Source: Vermamoeba vermiformis (lineage: Eukaryota). From it: DNA of 64,000 nt. Below the pieces are notes generated by a model. The model had not been told where the DNA came from. It was given only the letters and a program-made list of their open reading frames with translations, and ran no database searches. The stretch lies in NCBI GenBank assembly GCA_045837725.1, contig JBEWZL010000166.1, positions 1-64,000 on the forward strand, given 5' to 3'. Each line of letters opens with the position of its first letter. The stretch's first letter is position 1. The position numbers were made by a program, and so were the translations under genes. Of this stretch, positions 1-11,146 are shown in pieces.

Positions 1-1
1 A

Positions 2-2455
2 AGGAGCATTCTGCGTTACCTGGTAACGCAATTTTTGCTCGTTATCTTTTTCTACCGAACACCACACATCACCATTATAATATTGCTTATATCTTATTGT
101 ATTTGTTCGTCCTTAACTCCTGTAACACCAAAATAGAAACAACTAAGCTAAAACATTCCGCATTCGCATCCAAATCCGTAGTTCCGTGGTTTAATAATTC
201 CAATTTAGTAGTAAACAAATACAAGTATGTACATAATCGTATAATTGCATGTCAAATACTTAAAATAAGTAAAAATAAATTAAATATTATTTCTTCGAAG
301 CTTCATCCATCGCTTAACATGCGCCGAGTGAGCAAGGAGAGCAAGGCGGCAATAAATAAGAGACAGAAAAAATTCAGAGCGATTAATGGGCGAAATCAGA
401 TATCATTGAGCAAATCTGTCGCTCCCAGATTTTACGCGCTTCGGGAGCAACTACAACTCAAGTCTAATTCGCAATTGATATCCATATTGATAGATCGATA
501 TATTTCAAGTCAATCAGTACCAGCAGAAGATGTAGATAACTTGAATCTGGCTGCTTCGTTGTCTGATTTGCTTCCCGCGACACCAGTTGATCCAAACTCT
601 ATTCCAACAACCGAAGAACTTCGCAATCAATTCAAGTTCTCCTTTGCACTCGTGCAGCGTTCTCAACTATCTCAATTAATTACAGCCTGCTATTGTTCAT
701 GTGGTGGTCGCTTGTACACCCAGCACGAAACTACCTTCAAAGGCAGCTTGAAGTATCAAATTAAGTGCAACACATGTGCTGTTAGCTTTGAATGGGCTCC
801 TATATCTTATTCCTCAAGTCAGTTTCCCGCAGCTGCAGTAGTGTTAGCTTGTCAGTTGTCAGGAATTACGCACTCAAAATGGACTCATTTTGGCCAGACA
901 CTTGGCTTACCATCGATCTCAAATGATTTATGGTACACTACTCTCGAAAGAACTATCAATCCCCTTATTTTTCAAAGCCACATTAATGAATCTTACGAAT
1001 TGTTACGCGCAGCCGCCGCGACCAACGAACCACAAATTGTAGTCGCTGATATGACATGGGACTCTTCTAGAGATGGTTGTTATGGTGTTGAAGCATTTAT
1101 GGACTATAATACGAAGAAAGTACTGCACTTTGAAGTCATACCAAGCAAGGATGCTGGCCGATCCGTTCATTGCGAAGTTATCGGCTTCAACCTTGGTCTT
1201 GCACATCTGAAGCAATACATACCAATCAAAGAGGTCATATATGATGCTCATGGGTCTATTCCAAAGCAGATGCGCGAGCGACATCCTGACATAGAGCATT
1301 TATCGACTGACTGCTGGCACTGGGTCGAAAAGACAGAGAAAAAGGCAAACAAGTGCTTTGAAGCAAAGAAGAAAGAATCTTACTGGGACCAATTGAAGGA
1401 TAAGCCAGTATTCATCAAGAAGCATGCCTGGTATTGCTTGCATCACTGTGGCGGTGACTCGGATCTATTCGTGAAGCTCTTATCTAACTTTGTCAACCAT
1501 GTTCAAAACGATCACTCACTATGCTATAGCTACAATAATAATGCATCATGCGCCACCCACAATTGGGCTTCATATGACGACTTGGCTGACTTGGATGCGG
1601 ATGCGAAGAATCCTGTGCCTTTCACAATCGTAACAAATAAGGAAGCCTTGGATGTACTTGACAAGTTTATGAAAAAAGGAATATTTGGCAGCAAAGGTGC
1701 CCCGAAGGAGATAGCTGGCCGTCTTGTGCGTGCGCGTCACTCTAGTGAACTTGAATCGTACTTTCATTCATGTCTAGTCTACACACCAAAATACTGCCAT
1801 TTCTCAAAAATAGACAATTTTAGTGCACTACGAGCAGTTGGAACACTAAATTGGAACGCAGCGAAAGATCCAGTGGCCAGAGATGCAGGCCTTGCCGTTT
1901 TTGAGCGACAAATTATTAAGAGGCTTGCTCTTGATATATTCAAAGACCCAATCGATGCAGCAGAGCTCACAGAATTTTCAATGGCAAATATCTACAAGAA
2001 GTACTTCATCTTGCAGGAGCGAGAACGACGCGAAGCTGAAAAGGCAGCCAAAGAGGCCCAAAAAAAGCTTAATCAACAGAAAAAATTGACTAATGCTCCT
2101 GCAAATGACACACCGAAGGTTGCAGGCAAGCGAAAGCGAGAAGACAATAAATCCACAACGGAAAAAAAGCAAGAAAATTCCAAATCGAATCCAAAGCGGC
2201 GGCGCACCACTACTAAAGATGAATACAATTTTTTAGTAGCTTATTTAGACAAGGATTCACCTTTATCGGACCAAAGTTTCGAAGAAATCCAAAAAAAGCT
2301 TGGATCGGAGTGGGATGCAGCAAGGATAAAATCATGGCTGCGAAATAATAGACAAAGGCAAAGGAAAAGTAAAAATAAATAGTAAGCTCGTGTGGTGTTC
2401 CGTTCAATTTTTCCCGTTTGATTGGTCACGTCAACCAGGGCGCCAGAATGCTCCT
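2..2455 (+). mobile_element. Kolobok-type DNA transposon, apparently full length
   Basis: AGGAGCATTCTG at 2-13 is the exact reverse complement of CAGAATGCTCCT at 2444-2455. The right end is followed by TTAA (2456-2459), and base 1 (A) fits the last base of a left TTAA. RR..YY termini and a TTAA TSD are Kolobok hallmarks. The element encloses one transposase ORF. Confidence 0.85.
319..2382 (+). CDS. Kolobok-like DDE transposase with C-terminal homeodomain-like region
   Basis: Intronless ORF, first in-frame ATG at 319. Motifs: CxC..CxxC zinc ribbon, ADMTWDS, YDAHGSIPKQMRERHPDIEHLSTDCWH, HAWYC..HVQNDHSLC, SSELESYFHS..YTPK. The C-terminus reads KRRRT..IKSWLRNNRQRQRK. Confidence 0.85.
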   Translation: MRRVSKESKAAINKRQKKFRAINGRNQISLSKSVAPRFYALREQLQLKSNSQLISILIDRYISSQSVPAEDVDNLNLAASLSDLLPATPVDPNSIPTTEELRNQFKFSFALVQRSQLSQLITACYCSCGGRLYTQHETTFKGSLKYQIKCNTCAVSFEWAPISYSSSQFPAAAVVLACQLSGITHSKWTHFGQTLGLPSISNDLWYTTLERTINPLIFQSHINESYELLRAAAATNEPQIVVADMTWDSSRDGCYGVEAFMDYNTKKVLHFEVIPSKDAGRSVHCEVIGFNLGLAHLKQYIPIKEVIYDAHGSIPKQMRERHPDIEHLSTDCWHWVEKTEKKANKCFEAKKKESYWDQLKDKPVFIKKHAWYCLHHCGGDSDLFVKLLSNFVNHVQNDHSLCYSYNNNASCATHNWASYDDLADLDADAKNPVPFTIVTNKEALDVLDKFMKKGIFGSKGAPKEIAGRLVRARHSSELESYFHSCLVYTPKYCHFSKIDNFSALRAVGTLNWNAAKDPVARDAGLAVFERQIIKRLALDIFKDPIDAAELTEFSMANIYKKYFILQERERREAEKAAKEAQKKLNQQKKLTNAPANDTPKVAGKRKREDNKSTTEKKQENSKSNPKRRRTTTKDEYNFLVAYLDKDSPLSDQSFEEIQKKLGSEWDAARIKSWLRNNRQRQRKSKNK

Positions 2456-2634
2456 TTAATAATCTGTTCGGACTTTCCACACACTTTCTCACCTGGACCC
2501 TACCAGGGTGAAAGTGATTCACCGGTCCGATTTGCTACCCGCTACACGCTTATTTCATTCCTTGCCTTCGTGTTAACTGGCGTCTTCAAACAATAATGTT
2601 TTGTTGTTGTTGAGCTACTTTTTATTGCAGACAT

Positions 2635-4504
2635 CTAAACAACACGGCTGCGAATTAGCAAGTCCCAAATTTTTAGAACGATTGGTGTGGGTAGGCGCGT
2701 AATTGGCTCAAAACTCTTCAAACTCCACACATTGATCTCTTGTACAATCTGACTGGATGAAACTTTGATCGCGTGCTTGTGGGAGGCGGTATGTTGGTAA
2801 TTCAGATTCTGTTCGATTTCGCGAAACAAAGCGACTATTTCCTTCAAAGGAACATCGCTATGGAGATGTAGCTCATATGAACCAGATCGCTGATTTTCTA
2901 ACACGCGGAATTCAACGGAGAGAACTGACGGCAGATCTTCATCGACGGGCAGTTTGTAGCGAGGCAAGCGAATCAATTGGTGCCTTGTATTGATAATGAT
3001 TAGATGATGACGTATCTTACTGATATAATATTGAAATAAGCTATAACGGAACTCTTCCTCTGCTACAAGTGCTTACCCAGGGAAAGTCGGAGGAGCAGGT
3101 GTGACTAGTCCGTCGCGCAATGGGTTTGGAATTGATTTGCTGAACAATATTGAATCGAGAATGTGCATAATCTTCTTGATGCTGCCGTTCTTGTAACCGT
3201 TTGTTTTCACAGTGTCTGGATCGTCAGACAGGGTGCACTCGTGGATATAATACTCTATCAAACAGTTAAGTTTGAAGATCGATACAAAGTAAGAAACTTA
3301 CATTTACGAGCTTACTTTTGCCATTCAGATTATAATTCAGCTGAAAGACCCTTGAAAAATAAATGCCACGACCATCTTCATCCAATTCAGGCACTGGTTT
3401 TGAATGCTTGCTGTACACGATGATTTCTTCGAGTTGTTTGAACACTTTGGGTGATGTACGCATTTTGACATCAATAGGGTGTTTGTTCATCGTCCACATG
3501 TGCAAATCAATATCGCCTTCAGGAGTGATATACAGATGTGCCCAGACTGATAACGGGTGATAAATGACATCTAATTTAATTCCTTCGAAATGTTCGCTGT
3601 TTTGCTCGGACGGAACAATCGGTGCTTCGTTGATCAGGTTGTTCAACCGCTTGACTGTATTATAATCGATGACATGTAAATCCTTTAGTATCATGCTCGG
3701 AGTAATATATGGGGTCAGCGTGTATTGGCTTAACTTTGACGAAATAATTTTCCGGATTCACGTCTGGTATTTTGGAGTTTTCTTGCATAATCTGATTGAA
3801 TGCCGATAGAAACTCTTTGAGGGCAGATACATTATCAAACCATCCATATCTAACTTCCACTATCGGATAGGTTTTTGGCGGTCCTCTTCGTTTAGATCTC
3901 TTCAGCCAAACATCATTCCCTATCCAAAGGTTAGTCTTCCGTGTATTTAAGCTTAAAAAAATTCGTTGACTATACCTATACCATTCTTAAGCATAAAGAC
4001 TCTGTTCACGCGAGAAAAATGCTCAACGATTAAAATTGTCGGATGCTCCATCAAGCTTTTCAATTTGGCACGCCAGTAGCGATTTGACATCCAAATTGAT
4101 GATATTGCCTTCAGAGAAGTATGGCGAATGATAATTTGCATCAATTCTTCGGGTAATAAACCGAACAACCCTAAAATGATTTTATTTTGATTATTTTATA
4201 ATTTTATAATATTTTCTATTTATATGGAAAATATTCCATATATTGTTAGCCCGATTCAACCCCCTGTGCATTTAGGAATTTATTTTAAGTTGAGGATTTT
4301 TTGGCGCTCAGTCGAACCAGCCGCCTGGTCTTAGCGGAGGAGCATAATTCCAAATGTGGACGGGGGACTCCACGAGGATATTTTTCGACAAGGGGATTTG
4401 AATCGGGCCAACAATAATTTATTTATTACGAAGTAATTATCCGTGATTTCAAATTAATTTAAATTGCAATGGTCGATTATGCAATTAATACCTTGCGAGT
4501 CCAT
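2635..4504 (-). CDS. F-box-like protein, paralog A (multi-exon; apparent +1 frameshift at 3678-3680)
   Basis: Exon 1 ATGGACTCGCAAG/gt; LPEELMQIIIRHTSLKAISSIWMSNRYWR is F-box-like; colinear with paralog B over its whole length. Confidence 0.7.
4241..4416. mobile_element. MITE-like element in intron 1 of F-box paralog A
   Basis: Imperfect TIRs of about 25 bp: TATTGTTAGCCCGATTCAACCCCCT (4241-4265) and AGGGGATTTGAATCGGGCCAACAATA (4391-4416). TA at both extremities. Absent from the shorter equivalent intron of paralog B. Confidence 0.7.
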
Positions 4505-4688
4505 TTACTCTAATATCTTTCGTAACGTGTTAATTGATGCTTTGTGAACTGAAAATTGCACGTTTCACAGACATCCATCACAAACGGACAGGTCAAATTT
4601 AGTATCTTTGCCTTCATACTTTGTTTTGTCTACTCGATTGTAATTATTTGCAACTAACTACGACAAGAAATTGTTCTTTAATTGTATT

Positions 4689-6395
4689 CTAAACCAGGCC
4701 ATAAACAACGTTACTGCGAATTAACATGTTCCAGATCTTGACCACGATTGGTACAGGCAGTCGAGTAATAGGCTTAAAACTCTTCAAACTGTACACTTTG
4801 ATTTCTTGGATTCGTTCGTTTGGCTGGACTTTGATCGAATGAGTGCAAGTCTTCGTATCGTTGTAATTCAAATTCTGCTCTACTTCGCGCAGCAAAGCAA
4901 CGATCTCTTTCAACGGTACTTTACTGTGCAAACTGAGCGTGTATATATGGTCGTGCTTCGCTTTTAATTCGACAGCAAGAACTGACGGCAGATCTTCATC
5001 GACAGGCATTTTGAACCGTGGTAAACGAATCAATTGGTGCCTATTGGTAATTATTATGATATCAGTATTTGCGTATGTAATGTTATCTTTGCCAAGACAG
5101 CATACTAACCCAGTAAATGTCGGAGGAGCAGGTGTCACTTGTCCCTCGTACAACGGACTCGGAATTGATTTGTCGAACAGTACTGGCTCGAGAATGTGTA
5201 GAATCTTCTTAATACTGCCGGTCTTGTATCCGTTTGTCTTCACCGTTTTTGGATCTCGCAAAAACGTGCATTCTTGGATGAAATATTCTTAATTGGCCAG
5301 ATTCTTAGTCATCAAGAAGTGAAATTGACAAGACATACCTTTGCCGTTCTTCATATACTTTAAATTGAAACTGTTTTCTTCGCACTCTTTGTCAAGCTCT
5401 GGTATTTGCTTCACATGTTTGCTATACACGACAATATCTTCTAATTGCTTGAATAGTAGTGGTGACGTGCGCTGCTCCACCTCAAAATGGACTTCGTTTA
5501 CGGTCCGTACTTTCAATTTAATATCTCCGTTTGTATTGATGTATAGATCGGACACAGCGGTGACGCCTTTTGTTACCGAATTATGGACTATCTTCAGGGC
5601 TATGCCTTCCTTTTTTGGCTTTATGTTATCCTTTTTAGGTACCGGTTTCTCAAGCGGTGCCACAATCTTCGCGTTGTCGATCAATTCACGCAACTGCTGA
5701 ACCGTGTATTTGCCAATGACATTGAGGCCACTGGACTCTTGCGTAGAATAGTACAAAGGCTCGGCGTCTGTTGGCTTAACTTTGACGAAGAACGCCAGTT
5801 TCAGCAGAGGCCACTTGAGGCTTACCGACCCAAAGTCGCCGCTAAATTTTAGATGCTCGTACCATTCACTGCTCGTTCTGCGGCTGTCGCGCATTATCTG
5901 ATTGAATTCCGCTAAAAACTCTTTAAGGGCCGCAATGTTGTTGAACCATCCGTGCTTGACGCGCACTACCGGATTGGGCTGGGTGCCTGCGCGATAAAAC
6001 GACGATTTTCCACGATAAATATTGTATCCTATCTGAAATTAGATACTCGGTTAAGTTGCGTCTTCTCCGTACCTATTCCGTTCTTTAGCATAAAGATTCT
6101 GTTTGCGCTGAGGTTCTGTATGACGAGAATTCTCGGATGTTCCAGCACACAGCTTAATTTGTTGCGCCAGTAGCGACTAGACATCCAAATTGAGGATACT
6201 GCCTGCAGAGAAGTATACTGAATGATGATCTGCATCAATTCTTCGGGTAACGAACCAATCGAGCCTTTAAAAAAAAAATTAAGTAATTTTACAATTGCGC
6301 TAGAGTATTATTCAAAAGAATACATATAATAAAAAAAAAAAAAAATCAGAATTCGCAATTAATTTCGAAGTTATTCTCGTACCTTGCAGTTCCAT
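4689..6395 (-). CDS. F-box-like protein, paralog B (multi-exon)
   Basis: Exon 1 ATGGAACTGCAAG/gt; LPEELMQIIIQYTSLQAVSSIWMSSRYWR; intron positions shared with paralog A. Confidence 0.75.
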
Positions 6396-6562
6396 TTCTC
6401 CTTCGTAATCGCTTGTTAGTAATGTGCTGTTAGTCGTCGTTTAAACTTCGATTTAAACCAGCTCGAAGATTTTGTCGCTAAAAATTCAAGAATGTCAAGG
6501 CCCACTTAACAGATCGCTTGATGTGTGACTGAAGCGAGGAAGAAACGTCCAAGCAGTGTTAT

Positions 6563-7578
6563 TTATTGTCCTTGCCGCCTCTGTGCATCATCATGATAGA
6601 AATGCTCCCAAATATCCATTTCGGTGCTCTCCTCAAAGCCGATCTTGCGGTAGATCTTAGATGCGTCTCTGACTGCTTGCAACTCTGCATATTCGACGCC
6701 TAGTTGCTTCAATTCGAATAATGCCCATGTAAGTAATGATGAAGCAAGACCACGACCACGGAATGCAGGTACAGTGGTCACATCTGAAACTTCGGCAACT
6801 TTGAGGAGCGTTTTTGGATCGTTATCCAGTGTTGGGCCATTCTTAATGCAATATCCGACAGTAGTAACTGGTTTATCGTCCTATAACCACTAAATTAGGT
6901 TGAAGACGCTGGTAGAGTATTTTCAATCGCGTACCTCACATCCAAATATAAACTGCCAAGGAGGCGACTGAACGGACAAGTGGCGCACCTTCTCTAGCTG
7001 TGCCTGAAAAGGTTCTTCAGGTCCTTCCATAAATGATTTGCTAACAAGCGAATGATAGAGATCTATTGACGCCTGATCGGTTGGATCGACTTTCTTCGCT
7101 GAAAAGCCTGGTGGAAGAATAGGCTGCTTCGGATTAAAATCCGCGAGCTTAATTTGCATTCCTCTTAATGTGCCCCATCGCTCAGCTCCACTCGCTTGTA
7201 GAATAGGCACGAGCAATTTCCTATCAAGATCACAAAATCATTATTTCGTTAGAATAATTTCCAAATATTATTCTATTCCATAATTACGATCAACACTTAC
7301 TGTATGTGCTGATCATCACTGAAAAAATACCAATCAAAATTCGCTTTCTTGTTGTCAAAATATTCATTTACAGATCTGACAAAACTGGTGAGTCTATCAA
7401 CGTCGTGAGTGGGTAATTCTTTCACTAATACACCGTTCCACGCGTCCATTCCGGTATAAGTGATATACGCACCGAAATCTGGATCAAAGCGGTGCTCCGA
7501 TCCCTCATTTGGCTTAGCCATTGACAGGAACCAGTCGATCATACTATCAAAATAAAAACCTCGCCAATTCCACGACAT
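6563..7578 (-). CDS. GNAT family N-acetyltransferase (3 exons)
   Basis: VTTVPAFRGRGLASSLL acetyl-CoA motif A, LQA..ASKIYRKIGF motif B; start at MSWNWRG inferred. Confidence 0.85.
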
Positions 7579-7937
7579 TTGTGTTATTTGCACTGACTGA
7601 AATGCAATTTTTGTCCTAGATGATTTCAGATCAAACACATTTGCGAAGTTCCACAAACGGGCTGACGCTGGCACTAAATTATTAAACACCTAAAAATACG
7701 TTAGGACTCAATTGGCAGACACCCAAACGTTCGTGTTCGCCATGTAATTTTAAGTTCGTTCGCGGAAGAGCAGCCAGACCGAAAATGGAAACGCGCATTT
7801 CTTGATTCAAATGCGCTGCTAAACCAAATAGTTTAAGTATGGTGCTATTTCCTAATAACAGCTGCTATTAGTTTATTTTGTGAGTACACTGGTACAATTG
7901 GAAATTAATCCGAATTTGGGATTAAACTGTGACCGCT

Positions 7938-8123
7938 CTAGTAGGTCTCTGGAGGGAACGGGAACTCAGGCTCAGTAGGGTATCTGGGGTTTCTAGGCAA
8001 TGGAATAGGGTCGGTGGGCCATTGAGGAGGAAAGTCGTCGTCAGGTTGAGGGAAGCAAGGACCAGGCATGCGAGGAACGCGAGGCCAAGTAGGTTCAGTG
8101 GGGACAAACGAAAAGCCGTCCAT
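7938..8123 (-). CDS. Putative 61-aa proline-rich microprotein
   Basis: ATG-initiated GC-rich ORF with sharp AT-rich flanks; repeated PT(E/D)P motif. Confidence 0.5.
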   Translation of the reverse strand: MDGFSFVPTEPTWPRVPRMPGPCFPQPDDDFPPQWPTDPIPLPRNPRYPTEPEFPFPPETY

Positions 8124-8516
8124 AATTAATTTTAGTGGTAGTTACTATTACACGAAAAAATTAGAATGAAATAAGAAAACGTTCGGTACAAAATCTATTT
8201 TTCTATTTTTGGAAGGAGGATTATCCTTTCAACAAACCGTACACGTGATTTTTTCTAGAAAGCTTGCAGTATTAAATATAGCCGACCAATGAACGAGGTT
8301 TATGTATACTTGGAAAAGGACGTTGCGTCCATAAAGCGAGTATTGCCTAACTACGCATAGGACGGGTGCAGTTGATTAATAAAATGAAGTCTAAAGCTTA
8401 AAATTACATTAGTAGACTCAATCCAATAGCGAAGATGAATAATGCTAATCTTACAACACCGTTCAGTATCATCTTGAAATGTAATAATATTAGAGTTTAT
8501 ATAACACAAAGCAGAT

Positions 8517-9554
8517 TTAGAACTGCGTAACGGGTCTGGCCTTGAGCCAAGCAGCAATACCAGGACGAGCACCAACGCGATCGTGCAAAGCAGCCAATAA
8601 AGGATAATCGTTGAGAATAGTAGCGTCAATAACCTTCAAGTTTTCTAAAGCATTGAACATCCAGAAATCGGCGAAAGTAATCTGAAGAAGAAAGAGCCAC
8701 AAATTAGATTTCGTTCTTGAATAGCGCATAACGATAGTATACTTACATCGCTACCAACGAGGTAACCGTGACCGCCGTTGTTGTTCTTCAACAAACGTTC
8801 AAAGTGAGATAACCACTTGCGACGAGCTTCGGCCTTAGCAGCATCCTATAATGCACCTGCATTAGCATATTTACATTTAATAGTATCAAGATTTATCGAA
8901 TTTCTAGCTAACAACGTGGCGCGTGAGGCAGATCGAGTCTCTAAAAATTGAACTGGTACTTACATCAACACCCTTGTCAACAGCGGCTCTCATATCGTGC
9001 AAGCCATCAATAATAGCATCGGCCAAGGCACCTTCGGCGGAACTCTTGCCTAAAATAAAACGCCTAAGTATGAGGACGAGATCCAGACCGTTTCAAAAAA
9101 ATTGCGCGTGAGCTCAAATAGAATTCACGAACAATAAGCTCAAAATTAGCAGCTTAAATTCATTGCGTAATTAGCTTACCATAAAGACCGTATTCTCTGG
9201 CCAAATAACGAGTGATCGCAACAGATTGAGGAATTACAACGCCGTTGACTTCTAAAACAGGCAATTGACCGAAAGGAAGAGTGGGCTTGAGTTGCGCAAA
9301 TCCATCGGACACACGGTCATCTAAATATTATTACTTTATCAGAGGGAGAAATAAATTTACTGATCGGGGATTGGAATTTGAAAAATGATTTTAAAATGCT
9401 CAATTTCAGTTTTGGACCGTTAGACAGCGTCATAATATTACTAATGCAATTACTTACCAACATATTCAACTCCCTTGTCAGCGAGGATCAAACGAGCAAC
9501 TTCAGCGCGACCACGTCCGTTGAAGTAGATGAGCTTTGGTTTTTGTGAAGCCAT
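8517..9554 (-). CDS. Glutathione S-transferase (sigma-like), multi-exon
   Basis: MASQKPKLIYFNGRGRAEVARLIL, LPFGQLPVLEVNG..QSVAITRYLA, ITFADF, WLKARPVTQF. Confidence 0.95.
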
Positions 9555-10340
9555 AGTAGTAAATGATGCTAGGGTATTGAACTCGTGTGCTTGTTCGTTA
9601 TTTAGTCAAGAGACACTGATAAAGGTGCTGCGGGTAAAAAAGATTTTATGCAAGCGATTTTCAAACCTTCTGTTATTCCCAGCAGAAATAGAACCTTCTA
9701 GAACACCTATGTTTGTACTTGGTGAGGTTAGCCTCCGATTGCGGAACGTTTGCTCCGACACGGAGGACAAAAAACGGAGGGATGGAGAAGAATTTTCTGT
9801 CGTCCTTTCAAGACAGCATGTTTGTTTCCAAACTGCAACATAGCATTAATTGGCACGTATAAATGGTATTTTGCTGCAAATGGTGAGGTAAGGAGAACAG
9901 AACTCCCGAGCACGTAGAAAAATTTTTGATCAAAATATCATTTCGGAATTATGCCAAACAAGTCTATATGTCAATATGTTAAAAGCACGGTAAAAAATGA
10001 ATTAATATACTTTCAACTGATATTATTATTAGCCGAAGATTTTAGTTTTTCCTCACAAAAGGGATTTGCGAACGATTCTAATGTTGATCTTTGGGAGCTA
10101 TTTTTATGGTACTCACGCTTAAGGGTGGATTATTTTGCAGAATTGGTTAACCCTGTTTCTATCCGAATTGCGATCGAGAACTTGGTTGGAGATTTGATCA
10201 CTTTTGCAATGGCGTTCGAAACGGTTTCTAATCAAAACGTTACGGCGGATAAACTAGTTGTATGCTATTGTGCTCTTAGTGTCGCTTCTGATGGTTCAAT
10301 GTCAAAAACGTGTCACTTTTGCCTGAAGGAAAAACAAAAT

Positions 10341-11017
10341 GGTAGCACCGCCATGCGGGTAGGAATTTGGGCAATAAAACCTACGGTTTTGTGGTGCGGG
10401 TAGCATTAACCAATAAACCAAACAGTTTCATGCGGGTAGCACCGCTAATTGGGATAGCTAGCGTTGGGCGATAATTGGTTAAGCTGATAGCAAAACCACC
10501 CAGAAGGCGAATCGCTATTTCCTATTAGCCCGTTGTGAATGTTACTACTTTTCCTGAAATATGAGTTGGAAAATAACTAAGTCCGCACAGCAGTACTCCA
10601 TCCAGTGAAGTGAAATCTGCCGATATATTTACGCAAAATCAATTTATTTTGTTTATACCTAATATATGCTTTCATTAAGGTTGAAGCAAACATACAAGGT
10701 GCTCAAATACCTGGGTAAGTTCGAATTTTGGATTCAGTCTCAAACCTAATAATCTAACACCGTTTTTTTTAGGATATGTCAGTGTATTAAATATTTAATT
10801 AAATAAATATTTTACCCAAGTAACATCTCATCTGTTCTATTGCGCGTAATTTGACGGAATATCTTTTATCTATTATTACTTTTCTACCAGTTAAAACCTA
10901 GCCGCTTGTTAGCGACACGAAGAGGGCGGGTAGCATTTGTACTATTCAAAATGTCACCGTTGTGCTACCCGCTTTCCGAGACAAAACGCTAGTAGCGAAA
11001 GTTGGTTTGCTATCCGC
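10341..11017. promoter_or_regulatory. Cluster of GCGGGTAGCA motifs in the divergent GST/Ras intergenic region
   Basis: Exact copies at 10396, 10432 and 10926, inverted copy at 10963, variants at 10341, 10355 and 11008. Confidence 0.5.
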
Positions 11018-11146
11018 ACAAAATCTGCTCAGGTGTCACGCGCTCAGTTATTTTTGTTTTAGCCTCACGCGTATTGTTCTATAAGACTTGCGCTGGTATA
11101 CATAATAGCGCATTAAATCATCATCTTAGTTACACTTATTTGCAAG

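Noticed and set aside
2188-2370. Idea that the transposase homeodomain binds the intronic TGACA palindromes
   Set aside because: The palindrome is absent from the element ends and nothing in the sequence links the two
2482-2517. Imperfect hairpin just outside the transposon right end
   Set aside because: Short, imperfect and single copy; no function can be supported
4302-4378. tRNA- or SINE-like look of the MITE interior
   Set aside because: No convincing cloverleaf or B-box (GTTCRA)
9951-10403. 150-aa plus-strand ORF
   Set aside because: No recognisable motifs, intergenic-like composition, and it overlaps the GCGGGTAGCA cluster
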